The translations under genes and the position numbers were made by a program. Under the pieces are notes generated by a model. The model was not told the origin of the DNA and searched no databases. It saw only the letters and a list, made by a program, of their open reading frames with translations. This document shows positions 12,333-28,823 of a stretch of DNA of 64,000 bases, in pieces. This stretch comes from Rhodosorus marinus CCMP1338 (taxonomy: Eukaryota; Plantae; Rhodophyta): assembly GCA_029953675.1 (NCBI GenBank), contig JAMWBK010000002.1, positions 372,001 through 436,000 on the forward strand, written 5' to 3'. Every line of letters starts with the position of its first letter. The first letter of the stretch is position 1.

Positions 12333-13809
12333 CTAAGGATTTATCTCATCCAATTTCACCCATCGATTCTCAGCAAGCGCCTTTCCAGCCGCCATTGCTA
12401 TCCTCAATGCTTCGGCTCCGTCAGACCCGGTTGCAGGTACTGGAAGGTCCTGAGAGACGGCCTTGCAGAATTCAATAGTTTCGTTCTTGTACGCTTCCAT
12501 GTACCTGATAATATGAAATTAGCCTCCGAACTTAGCACTCACCTTCGGAGTCCAGTTTCACCAGAGTGGCTTTACCTCGTCATGAAAAAGCTGTACGGAA
12601 GGTCCGTTTCCACTCCCTCCGCGGTCAATTTCTTCACAGTATTGGGGAAGTTATTCTCCGATGCGACCATGCCTTTGTCCCCGAAGACCTCAATCCGCTG
12701 ATCGTACCCGTACGGAGCCTGTCTGCAGTTGTCAATCAAACCGGTCACTCCGTTCTTAAACTTGATCATGGTGAGCGCAGTATCAATGGCCTCGGGTCCT
12801 TCGCAGCTTGACAAGTCAGAAACCATCATGGATCCCGTCACGAACACCTGAGTGGTGTCAAACAAAGAGGAATGAGGCCGTTCCCACGGTCAGGCGTACG
12901 GGTTTCTGCATGGGTTTTCCCAAGCTACTGAGGAGAGTAAAGTTCTGGGCGAAACTCGGTTTCTAGGCTTTCACGCACCGAGTCCGCCTCGGAATCAGCC
13001 ATCCACCTGCAGATGTCGATATCGTGAATGGCCATATCCTTGAATAAGCCGCCACCGCCTTTGACGTACTCTAACGGTGGGGGAGCGGGGTCCCTGGATA
13101 CGGTCTTGACGAAGATTGGCTTGCCAACTATGCGCGCGAAACGATGGACAGCTGCTCAGGATGCAAATCAGGAGAACGAATACGATGAGTTGATGGACCT
13201 CTCACCTTCACCGCCTTGTACTGCATTCTTGACCTTCATGAAGTTGGGATCGAACCGGCGCTGGAACGCGGTCATGAGTTTCACGCCCTTGGATTTTGCG
13301 AATTCAACGGCCTCCAGTGTCCCCTTCAGATCCGTTGCAATTGGCTTTTCGCAGAAAATATGCTTCCCATGCGAGGCTGCCATCTTGATTTGATCCGCAT
13401 GAAACTGGCTCGGCGTGCAGATCCAAACTGCGTCGACATCCTTGGATGAGATCAGCTCCTCGTCGTTTAGGGTATATCTAGACGAGAAAGCATTAAGAGA
13501 ACGCATTTAGCTTAAAGTTCCTCTTTTCCAGAGCGCTCCCGGATGAATCAACATCCGCTTCACGATTTATCCGTACTTTTCCACGCCGTACTTCTCAACG
13601 GCAGACTTCGCGGCACTTTCAAACGCGTCCATAACCATCACCGGATTGGCCTCTGGCACATTGTAGCACAACGTCTCCAAATGTACCTGTCCAATTCGAC
13701 CACATCCCAGCACTCCGACGTTCAAGTTTCTCGACTGTCCAACAGACGAACTCAATCCGCGCGATCTCGCAAGAGACCCAAACAGTCGACCACCAATCCT
13801 CGACGCCAT
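12333..13809 (-). CDS. iolG: myo-inositol 2-dehydrogenase-like Gfo/Idh/MocA oxidoreductase with mitochondrial-type presequence
   Basis: Rossmann motif VGVLGCGRIGQVH, HIFCEKPIA, AFQRRFDPNF, SRDP, FKDMAIHDID, GYDQRIEVFG, RYMEAY: the bacterial IolG/Idh pattern. N-terminus MASRIGGRLFGSLARSRGLSSS. Stop at 12333. Confidence 0.85.
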
Positions 13810-15184
13810 CTTCACTCCTTTCAACCTTCAAACACCGAAAACGCAACAGTTCTCAAAATCAAAAGCTCTCACGTCCTCGGCCTCATCCAAACCCGATACC
13901 CAAATCCACCCACCTCCCCGACCTTCCCCTCTCTACTCAAAAGGCACCATCCCCGATCTCCAATCGCCCACTAAGAAAACTGATCCACACGAAGAAAAAA
14001 AGCCCTCAAAAACAACCAAAAAATAATTGAACGGCCCGACAGAAGAAGAAAAGAGACACCGATCCACTTCCTTCACAAATACACCAAAACAAAGGATCTC
14101 GATCCTTAACACCTAACTGGATCGACTTAATCTATTTATTACCAGAAAACATATAGATATCGCGATCCTCCAATAAACGAATGGGTTTCTCGGGAGGCTC
14201 CTTATATCCAATCATGATTCGCTGGATATCTGAACCGTCATGATATTCATCCAATGGGCGTGGGAGAGAGGAGATGAGGACTGCAGAATTAGGAGATATT
14301 TGTGAAAGTGCACGGTTTAGCGTATAGTATTGTTCTGACACGTGTCGCACTCTGTTTCGGTAAAGAAGATAGTGGTTGGGTGCGGAAGGTGTGGGACTGG
14401 AGGCTTTGGGGGGTTTGATCATCAGAGCAGTCCTCCGGCTTTTTGGGGGGGTGGCTGTAGATAATTTAGTAATGATAGTTTTTGATGCGTCACATTTCTG
14501 CGATGTTGAACAGTGTTGAGATATTCCTGATCAACTCGTTCGCTTCGGCATCCTGGAAGAAATCGCTTTAGCTCTGCCCCTTTCCCGGCGGGGTTCGGTC
14601 TGGAGGTGGTCATTCGCTTTGTCCCTATAGCCTACGCGCCGGAAGTGGAATGAGGAATATGGGAATGCTATGATCTAGACCGGACCAGGAGAGATAGCCT
14701 GTTAAAGTATTTCGTTTTCACATAGCTGGGAAATCAACCGTATCCCAAAAGAAAGGAGCAGAAAAGGTTTCAATGACCCAACAGAGTGTTTTCGTGTGCT
14801 AATCATTTATTTAAAAATACGGCTGTTACGGCTGTTTATCAGCTAACAAAGTCCTCAAGCCACCCCAAGCTATAGCCTCGTCAACAGTCTCAAAACTCAC
14901 TCGCCTCATAGAAAGTTAGTACAATTGTACACGACATATGTACAAGACAGTGTATGGATGTTCGGATTCCGTTGGAACCTTTCGTGGAACCTGGAGCACA
15001 TTTCAATGTGGCACTCCGGCGGGGGGGGCCGTCGGAGTACAGGCGGGGACAACTGCACGCAGAAAAGGAAACACTTAGCCTGTACATAGGAAGGTGACCT
15101 GAGCCTGAGAAGAATAGGGTGGCGAGGATCAGGAGATGTCTTGTTTGGCAGGTTGGGATTGAGTGCAGCTTGCTTCGTGGAGCG

Positions 15185-17045
15185 ATGACAACCCAGCGTC
15201 TAGCCAGGCTGCGGCTTAGTGGATTCCGCGAATTGTCGTACAGTGCTCACCCAGAAACACGTGCTTTGTTGAAGGAGGTGGATTCCCTGTTGCTCGCACT
15301 GAAACCCGTTGAAGGGATCCCATTTCCAAGGCCGCATCTGGTGAATAAGGGAAACGAAGCGTTTCGGCTTGCAAGTCTGGCTGCGGAGAGGGGAAGTGAA
15401 GAAGCGAAGGCTCGTGTGGCTGAATGCACTCTGTGGGGATTCGGCCGGAAATCTTGCCCAAGAGAGGCATTTCGCAGCCTGAAAGATGTCTGTTACAATG
15501 GCGTCCCAGCGGCGTTTGCTCTCAGGGCACAGATCCTTTGGATGCAAGTCGAGGATGACTATATCCTTCCATCCCACGCTACACGCGAGCGCAAATCTGT
15601 GGGAGAAGGTAATCAAGTGAAGCTTGTGGAAGTCGAAGTGGACAACCATGGAGATCTCATCAAAGACCCAGAGAAGAAGAAAATCAAGCAACTAAGAGTT
15701 GAAAACATGAACCGCGCCGCAGCTGGAAATCCACTCACACCGGATGTGGCTAAGGAGGAGTTGGAAACGAAAGAGAATGAACGAAAAGGTAACATTGTAG
15801 CATGCTACGAGGCGGCAGCTGATCTTGGGTATGTGAAGGCCGAGGTAGAACTTGGAAAATACTTTTTGCAGTCGAGAAACGATAGTCAAAATGCGTACAA
15901 ATGGTTCCAGCAAGCGTCCGCGAAGAAGTTCCCTGCAGGGTACTATCACCTGGGAGCCGTAAGTTCTACCTGTAATAGCCGTGGGCGATTGCCTCGGGAA
16001 TATCGAAGATAGATGCTGATCCCTACGGTAATATGTTCTGTCACGTAATAGATGCAGCAGAATGGGTACAGTGACGTCAAACCTGACCTTTCCGCTGCCT
16101 TGAAGAGCTTCGGAATGGCAGCTAGCCTGGGACATTCTCAGTCCCTGTTGCATATGGGAGTCTGCTCCATACATGGTACCCTTGGAGTTGAGAAGAACCC
16201 GGTAGGCAGATCTTAAACGCGGGTGGTGGCAATTAATCCTCTTTTTCTTCTCATGGAAGCCCTTTGATTTCATCCACCTTTCAACAATACAGAAAGCCGG
16301 TTTGGACATGGTTACGAAAGCCGTTGAAAACGATTATCCAGCGGCTGTTCACTATTTGGCGTTAATGTATCACAATGGAATTGACCCGGTTCAAGAAAGC
16401 GATCGAAGGTTTATAATGCTGCTAGAGTCAGCGGCAGATCTCGGCAGTCCAGACGCAATGTACCTGTTGGGAGATGTCTACTATAAAGGTGACTGCGGTT
16501 TAGAATCAAACCTCCGCCGCGCCTTCGAGTACGTCCAAGCTGCGCAGAATCCTCTCTGTTCTGCGTAAACAAAAAACCATGCCTGTGAGTCCGATTCTCG
16601 CTTCTAACTGAGCTTGTTTCACCCCATGCGAATTTACTTGTGTTGATCAGATTATTTGTGGAGGCTACACAATTCCAGCATAAAGAAGCTCAGTACGCCG
16701 CGGGGCTCATGTGTCTCTACGGTCTTGGGACTAAGAAAGACCTGACTCAAGCATCTGAGTTAATTGGAAGCGCTGCGGGGCAAGAGTATCTCCCCGCAAT
16801 GCGAAGCCTCGGCGAATTGTACATCAACGGCGATTTTGGTATCAAAATGGATGCACTCGGGAAGTAAGTCAATCTCCAATTGGATTTTGTATATTTAGAC
16901 CCCACATATTGCCTCTGTTGCAAGCACGTAATCTAACGCCCGGAGTTCCCCGTTTAGGGCCTGGCTGGAGCGGGCTGATGCCACCGAACGAGAAAACAAA
17001 AGTTATGACGTAGGAGTACAGGTTATTGACTCAACAGAATTGTAG
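15185..17045 (+). CDS. Sel1-like repeat protein, probably mitochondrial
   Basis: Repeated SLR motifs (YEAAADLGYVKAEVELG, WFQQASAKKFPAGYYHLG, AVHYLALMYHNG, AMYLLGDVYYKG, AQYAAGLMCLYGLG) across exons. Arg-rich N-terminus MTTQRLARLRLSGFR. Last exon ends TAG 17045. Confidence 0.8.
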
Positions 17046-18534
17046 AGAATTTCCCTAAAAACTGTAAAGATTGTTATATAGAAATGCTTTAGGTACAAGA
17101 AAGGTCTATCTACGGTCTGGCCTTCTACCTCCCACCTCAAAGAAAGGGAGGCATGCGAGCGCATCGTTTAGAGCCTACTCTCCTTTTTTGGCCTGTGAAT
17201 ATTTCCTCTCCAGAACATTGAAGCCTCATTTTGCCATGAGAAAAAAAATAAATCAAAAACCAAAATATAGGTTCCTTCCATCCCCTGACTGAACCTCTTG
17301 ATTCTATTAAATCCTATTATTAGAAATCGCGTGCAAAATTGAAATAGAAGGAATATACTTTTGTTTTTATAAATATGAAACACAGATGTCATGTCAGGAC
17401 GTCACAAAAGCCTTAAGCCATTAAACAGGCTGTCCTCTGTCACCAACTATTTTTGGGTGATGTTCCTAGATTTTGGATTTGGGAGCGGTGGAAACTCGGC
17501 CCTCGAATTCGGCTTTCGCAGGGCAAGCGATTTGGTCTCCGTTCGAGTTCTGGGGTTCATTCTATGTACTGTATAGCACGCTGGTCCGCTCACAAGCATC
17601 CAGAGCAAGAGAGCGAGAGGGAGTAGAAGAGTGGGAGCGTGTGCAGAAGAAACAAAACTCCCAGACGATTGGATTCCGAACTTGAATCCTTACGTAGAGA
17701 GAGGCCTCCCCTTTTGATGCATCGAAATCAATAGTCAAGCGGGCTGGAAAGGTGTTGAGCGCCCCCTGCCCCCTCCCGCGGGGGGCGCAAACCCCACAAC
17801 TCTTTTTAACCTAACCTAACATCGGCCAAACCATCTGGGCCAAATAGAAACTTGGAAAAAAAAATTAAAAATTACACAGGATACACTTCACAAAAGCCTA
17901 TCTCGGAATCCTTTCAGCATTGCAAACCCACTTACCCCCACCCCCTTTTCACTCAACAACTCTTCAATCAAGATCTACCATCTCATCGTTCGTGATACTC
18001 AAATGTATTTCTTCAATACATAATATCTTCGATCTTACCGAATATTGATTGATCTATAAAATATCTGTATTCGGATTAGGCTTTTTCACTGGGGGTTCGA
18101 TGAAATGGATACTGGGATTTATAAGAGTTTTCTTTAGGCTTTTGAAAGTACATGTCATAGCTGGGAAACACCCCAAAAAACAAACAAATAGAGAGAGAAG
18201 GAATAAAAAATATATATATATGCCCAAAAAGGGGTCAAAATCGGCCGGTTTGAGGGGGGGGAAGGGGGACATGACCATTGGAATTAGGATTTGGAAGAGG
18301 TGTATTTAGTTTATAAAGGCCGGTTTGGTGCGGTGCTGGACGATGGGGCGGGCAAGGAGTGGGAATGGTTTTGGGTTCCGGGATTGGCTTTGGGCTGGAC
18401 TGAATCGAGTAGTTTAGGATGTGTTTGAGCTCTCGATCGAGGGTTTGAAGGCTGAGATTTTGTTGGGAAATCCTGAGTCTCTACGGAGTTTGTGTTTAAT
18501 CCGTGGGGTGGTTTTGAGTGGTTTTGGTCAGACC

Positions 18535-20030
18535 ATGATAGCAAAGCTGTTGGAGTTGCCGGATGAGATCTTGTTGCGGATTTTGGAGAAGCTGCCTGTT
18601 CGTCAGCTGATTTGCGTCCATCGATGGCAGTTTTTCCCGTGTGAGGAGTGCAGGCAGGATGGTGGATGTTCAGTGCCCGCCACCTGCCGAGCGTTCCAGC
18701 GATTTGCCCAGCACGATAGTGTGTGGAGGGGCCTGGTCGGCGCATATTTTGGCTCAAAGCTAGTCCTGAAACAAGGTGATGGGGACGGGGACATGATGGA
18801 TCTGGGAGAGGATGGGGAGAACATTTGCTTCACGGATTGGCACGAGCAGCACGGGACCATCTCTTTGGAGGAAGCGAGGGATCTCCTGGATGTACAGCTT
18901 CCTCATGTAGAGGGGTATGACTTGGACTGGAAAGAAGTCTTCCGAAGATTTGCGAATAGCTCGTTCCCCTCGATTCTTGACCACTTCGCAAGCACTGACG
19001 CATTCCCAGGGTGGGAGGTGAGGGCCGATGAAGGAATTATTTCGTGGGAGGATGAAGCTCCCCTAGGGTATGAACCAGCACCATCCTAAGAGTCTTTGCG
19101 TCCTTGTTGTCTTCTTCAGAATCTGAATGACTGCTTCGGTTGCAATAGGCGTGATAGGGCTGTCCGGAGTTCTGTTCCGTTCAGACTGGATGAGATGCAG
19201 TCTCCTACGGGAGCTCCTCGTCGTATTTCCAGCACACGGAGTGCCCTGAGGAGCCCGCCTTCAGGCGCTCTTTGCCTTCGCCCTGATATGGGCACTGGGT
19301 CAAAGAGGCTCAAGGTAGTAAAAACGAATGTGTATTACTACGAGGTAACTGTCCTTGGCCCTACGAATGCGCTCGCTGCTGATGAGGTGAGAACTGTTTC
19401 GTTCGCGAGTGGATAGCTTTTTGCACGGAGCATGGACGGGAGCTAATGGGCTTTTCTCTTCTGCATTTTTGCGATTAGTCTGTCCTGCCGTGTATTTGCG
19501 TTGGGATAACAAGAAACAGGAACGAAATGGAGATGCAACCTGGATGGACAAGCTGCAGCTTCGGAATTCACAGCGACGACGGAAACATTTTCCACGGGAC
19601 TTTGTCAGAAAACTACGTCGATGCGAAGTTTGACGTCGGCGATACAATTGGATGTGGTATCCGGTTTGAACCTGGAGAGGGGTCTCTGGGAAGGTTCCAA
19701 GTGTTTTTCACGAAGAACGGAAAGTTCTTGTGCGTGCCGTTTCCTCGTTCTGTGTAAGTGATACGGATAAGTCGACTGTCGGCTTTTCTAGAAGGCGTAT
19801 TCCCAGAGATATGATTGGGATGTGCTAATTGATTACTGTGTTGTTCCATATGCAGGCACATGCGGATGCAATCGATCCACTACAATTCCTGCTTCTATCC
19901 TGTTGTCGGAATTGATGCACATAGGATCGCGTTCAAGGCAAACTTTGGAAAATCTCCGTTCAGATATAACCCTGACCTCGTGGAACGTGACATGATCCCG
20001 TTTTATCATCGGGTGAAATCCGGCCTGTAG
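18535..20030 (+). CDS. F-box plus SPRY (RanBP9/Ssh4-like) domain protein
   Basis: F-box LLELPDEILLRILEKLPVRQL at the start. SPRY motifs YYYEVTV, FDVGDTIGCGI, VFFTKNGKFL, FYPVVG, KANFGKSPFRY in downstream exons. Stop 20030. Confidence 0.85.
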
Positions 20031-23000
20031 TGAATTCCAGTTCCGCTCGTAGCCGCTCTTTATTGATCCCTAACGTGCATGAGCACCTACAATTAAGTAC
20101 TCGATCGGGTAGTCGACGGTCGCGTACTACGAGGACGAAAGACCGCGAAGTTCTTGCTCATCACGGAGTACATAAGAGCCGATAAGCATGTTGGGAAGAA
20201 CATGCTGCTTTAGGGCTGGCTGAGAAAACCAATGGTATCCCAAAGGGAGTGAAGTACCCACTATTTTATACTTGCGGAAAGACGCGGAGGAGGGAGCGAA
20301 TCAGCACATAGAGTTTAACTGGCCCACAGTCCAGAAAGTTAGAAATGGTCATTTGTCCAGAGTATTATAGTCGTGGGATTGTTCAAAATGAGGAAGAGCA
20401 GCCTTAGTTGTAAATACATATATTAAAAGAAACTCATTTTTCCGGGACCGGTGTTTGATTTCGTTTAACAGCTCGTAATTGAACCACCACTCTTTCGAAA
20501 GGACAAGGCAGAAAGTCCATCACCAACCCCTGCCTTCTCGCTTCCCCGCAGTGGCTGAGGCCCAGTAATTGATGAAATGAGTCTCCAAAGTGAAACTCTA
20601 AACTCAGGCGTGACGTTAAAAGACGGAATAGTAGCGTCAACAGGGGTCGAAGCACTGAAAATCCTCAAAGTCAGGCTGCGGTCGATACTATTAAGATTAA
20701 AACATGTTTTGACGATTGGAGTATCCACAGCCGCCTAAATTGAAGGATGCGTTAAGCACCGTGGTTTCGTAATTGGCGGCCAGCGGAAGGGGGGACGTAC
20801 GCGAAATGCCGGCCCGTCAAAATTGGCTGACGGAGAGCTGAGAGCTACATCCCTAAAATGTCGTTCCTAGCGAAACCACTGTATCCCGCAATGCTTCGCC
20901 TGTCCAATTCATTTCTCATGTTGGTTCTGCATCGGCCGCTGTGTGTGGTGGGCGGAGGTGGAGGACCTATAATGCTTTTCAGGCGTTCGCTGCGATTATG
21001 ATTCAGTCTTCAACGTCGCACCTGAGTCCAGTTGATCTAACATCATTTGTGTACTCCTCAGACTCGTATCCAGTCATGTTAGTGGCTTGGCGTAGTCCTT
21101 GCTGTCGCTGAGCAAACCCCAAGCAATCTTATATCACTCAAACTGCGCAATTTCCTTGCCCAAATCATTGAAAACATTTACACTTCGGGTCTCAAAATGG
21201 AGTTCCTCTTTTCCAGCACGACCGTCTTCTGTTCAAACGAACCATCTGATCTTGATTTCGAGCATGCAGTGAGTGAAAACGTTCATCACTAGTTTGCCCT
21301 AACAATCGAAAAGGTGGCGGTCGAATGAGCAAATTCCCGCCATCGTGTTCGCCAGCTTATCTTTCACGGGTTGATCTTCGCTGCCTAAGCACGCCCAGAG
21401 TTTCAGGTCATTGCAATTGATCAACAGAGTCTCAGACTCGTTCAGCTACATAAGCGTCCAATTTCACGAAGAATCCTGGGTGATAGGAACTTGGAACCGT
21501 AACCTAGCATGTTCATATGCGTCTTGGTGACCTCGTCGCCAACACGCCTTTCAACATGAGCTCGTCAGAACTGACAAGTCCGCACAGCTTCACAAACAAA
21601 CGACTATTCAGTCAAGTTTGTCTCATCAGTCAATATCATGCTTAGTCAGTCCATTTCATGCTTAATCAGTCAATTTAGTGAATGGATGAAGAACTGTTGC
21701 CAAGTTTTCTTTTTTAGTAGTTTCTTTGAAACGTCGTCGTTTCAAAGGCAGTTTTTTAACTAATAAATAGGCCACAGAAATGTAAAATTTTGAAACGGAG
21801 CTTCATGATTAAGGACAGTTTGGTGGTCGTGGATCCTTTTTTTTCTAACTGGACTTTGCGTGGGGAAGTTCTACATGTGGAATCAGCAGATTTCTTGACA
21901 TGCATTGGCTTGACGGTAGAGCTGGGATTTTCTGTAGTTACGGAAGAGCATACATTTATTTTGTGAGATCCCCGGCATGTACATGAAGATCAACGAAAAC
22001 CGAACTTCGGATTCTGAGGCGGTGATCGTCTTATGCTTCGGTTGTGAGAACGAAAGAAAACTAGAGAGATCCTGAAAAAAAAGTGAGCTTTCTGATGTCT
22101 CAGAGGGTATGGCTCGCGTTGTCAGCTGCTAAACGACCAAGATGAGCAGCAAAACGGATACCTGTGACGTAAGAAATGCCACAGCACAGTTGGAAAGCCT
22201 GAAGGACAGAGAAACACGCAGGAGAAAAAAAAAGCCGAGCGATACCTGATCATCAAAGATCTTCATGATCCTTGCGAGTGAATACTACTCATTCTAACCT
22301 CCCCAAGGCGCTTCCGAATACATGGACCGCCCGCACCAAAAGGCCAGACCGAAGCACCCTTCCAGATCAACTCAAATTTGATCCATCTTACCTTACATTA
22401 AGAACGTCCCCCTAAAATGAAAGTTCCATTTTTAAAAAGGCGCGTTTCCCAAATGAAGGGCCCAATGTTCTTCAAGAAACGGACCCTTTATTAGATTTGT
22501 TTTTATTTTTTGTTGGCCATCGAACTGAAAAGTTAAGAAAATTAGGGCCAAAAAAACAGAGACCAAAAAAACAAACTGAAAGGACTATTTCTGGAGATTT
22601 TTGTATAAAAGTCCGAGTTTTGGAAAGCTATTCAGGTGGGGAAGCAAGGAAGGACGGGAAGGAGGGAGTGGGGATGGGGAAGGTTGGAGAGGTGTTAGGA
22701 TCATTTGGTCTTTTATTATCTGATAGATGTCTATTGTTGATTTTCTGAGATCTGCTTTTTTTATTTTGCCTCGTATTTTGAGGAAGAACGAGTTGGGACA
22801 AGTGCGTGGGACAAGGAGTCGGGTGGGGAAGGGGGGCGGTCTTGAAGAATCTGGTTTTAGTTGAAGCTCTGGAAACTTGTTTTGCGTTTTCTCCGAGTTT
22901 GACCTGTTTATGTGTGTTCTGTTAAGTAGTCAGAGTGGCTTTGTGTTTCGTAGAAGAGGAATTGGTATTGCGCTTTTGCTTGGCTGCTGGGGCTCTAGCT

Positions 23001-23310
23001 TTGTGGGCTTAAAGAGTCGTCTTGGCCTGGAGCCGAGCTCCTTGGTTCCCGTGTTGGATTGTTTTTTATAGAGAGTTACGAGAAGCGAAAGACGAGCTTT
23101 AGCTCTCTTTGGCTGTAGTGATTACGCTTGTTTTTAAAAGTCGGCGTTCGACAAGGCCTACGTGTTGACATGTCTTGAAGCTCGGAAGTTTATTGTTTTC
23201 GTGTAGCTGGACTTTTTAGAAGCGCTGGGGCGAGTGTGAGTTCGTGTGTGTTCCGCTTTGGGCGTGGTGATTATTAGAAGAAGGATTAATTTCCATTGAA
23301 TTGAGTCGAG

Positions 23311-23988
23311 ATGCCAGTGAAAACTTGGGCTCGAAACGAGATTGTGCAGCTCAATGTTGGGGGCCAGAAGTTTTCTACCACTGTGGATACTCTCACAAAA
23401 GAAACGGACTCTATGTTAGGGGTTTGGTTTAGTGGCCGTCACGATATCCGGTTGGACTCAGAAGGGAGGGTCTTCATTGATCGAGACGGGTTTAGGTTTC
23501 GACACATTCTGAATTTCTTGAGAAACGGGAGTGTGCATATTGCAGGGGATATCGTAACTTACCAGGAGATATTGGAGGAAGCCCGGTACTTTGGTAGGTT
23601 CATGCCTTCCCTTCGCGTTCATTGATTGCGTGCGTGCTCTTGGATGTGTTTTTTTTGTAGCATTGCTGACACCTGGTCCTTTCGCACAGGGATTGTCTCA
23701 TTGGCAAAAAGACTTATAGAGGAGATTCAGAAGTTGGAAGCCTTGGGACACGAGGACAACATGGATAACATCATGACCTCTCAAACCTCGAATAGTAGCG
23801 GCGTTAACCCAGAGAACGCGAACCCCGCTTTGCTGCTAACAGGATCCTGGCTTCTGCAGAAGAATCAAGCTCAAGCAGCGAAGTCGAGCCAAGCTCCAGA
23901 GACCGCGGAGGGTGGAGACGACTCGACCTCAGTTTTAACACAATCCCACCAAACGGAGTACCGATTCAGCCTCGATGAAGATTTCTAG
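23311..23988 (+). CDS. KCTD-type BTB/POZ domain protein (2 exons)
   Basis: IVQLNVGGQKFSTTVDTL...SMLGVWFSG...VFIDRDGFRFRHILNFLR...EEARYFG is a canonical T1/KCTD BTB. Intron ~23595-23690, then a helical/low-complexity tail ending YRFSLDEDF*. Confidence 0.9.
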
Positions 23989-24401
23989 TTTTGGGCGGTG
24001 TGTTGATTCGCCGTCTTCTCGAGAGGGCTTTCTCTATTTACTATTAACAGTTTTCCTTTTAATCCCAATCTGCGCGGCCGAAGCTCGAAGTGAACGGGCT
24101 TGTACAGTTATTGTTCTTGGGCTGCTTTGCGGCTGGCCATACGCGAATGCATTACAAGCAAAAGAAGAAAAACGCGTTTTCCGTAACGCTTCGTTTTAGT
24201 CGTGTTTTGTTTTCTCGACTTTTAGCCCGTTCAATGATTTTTTGGATATCAACAAGTTAGAATGGTTGGGTGTTCCAGCTTGATGCTATGTCAGGCTACA
24301 GGAACAGCATACATAAGCCATTCCTGTCTTTCGACAGCAGTTGCCGGACTGGATAAATGATAGGCCGGATAGCTTGATTTGAATCCCTTGTGCATGGGTA
24401 T

Positions 24402-28270
<3,869 letters not shown>

Positions 28271-28743
28271 TCAAATCTCCGATCCACCCCCCCAAGAAAA
28301 AGCACTACCTCAAATCAAACTCCTCATCCAGTTTCCAAATCCCCTACATTCCCCTCCTTCCGCACAGCATAACGCCTCTGACTACTACACATCTCCATCT
28401 ACCCCCGTCGAAGCCATGCGCCCAGACGACCTCTTTTATCATCATCTTCTCCGAACGAGAGGTGACAAATAGACTTCGATCCCGATAGAACCACCGCTCA
28501 GATTTATTTCTGCTTATTATGATAAACTATTTCAAATAAAATAATATACACCCCATTCTTATGTGACAGTAAAATGTATTTAAGCATCCTCCTCGATTTC
28601 TCGCCACATCATGGACGTTGACCTTAATTTTATTTCCTAAAAACGAAACAACTCCCTCGAGGATCCGTTGGATCATCAAAAATGAGATTCTTCTTTGTCC
28701 CTCGAGGTTGAATGTAGAAATGCGTTATTTTTGGACCGGTATT

Positions 28744-28823
28744 TGGAACATCGGCCATCTCGAGCCTTTTGTTTTGGCCAATAGGTGGAACATCAGCCAT
28801 CTTGAGCCTTTTGCTTTGGCCAA
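28744..28823. repeat. Two-copy tandem repeat, 42-bp period
   Basis: tggaacatcggccatctcgagccttttgttttggccaa (28744-28781) and tggaacatcagccatcttgagccttttgctttggccaa (28786-28823). Confidence 0.9.
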
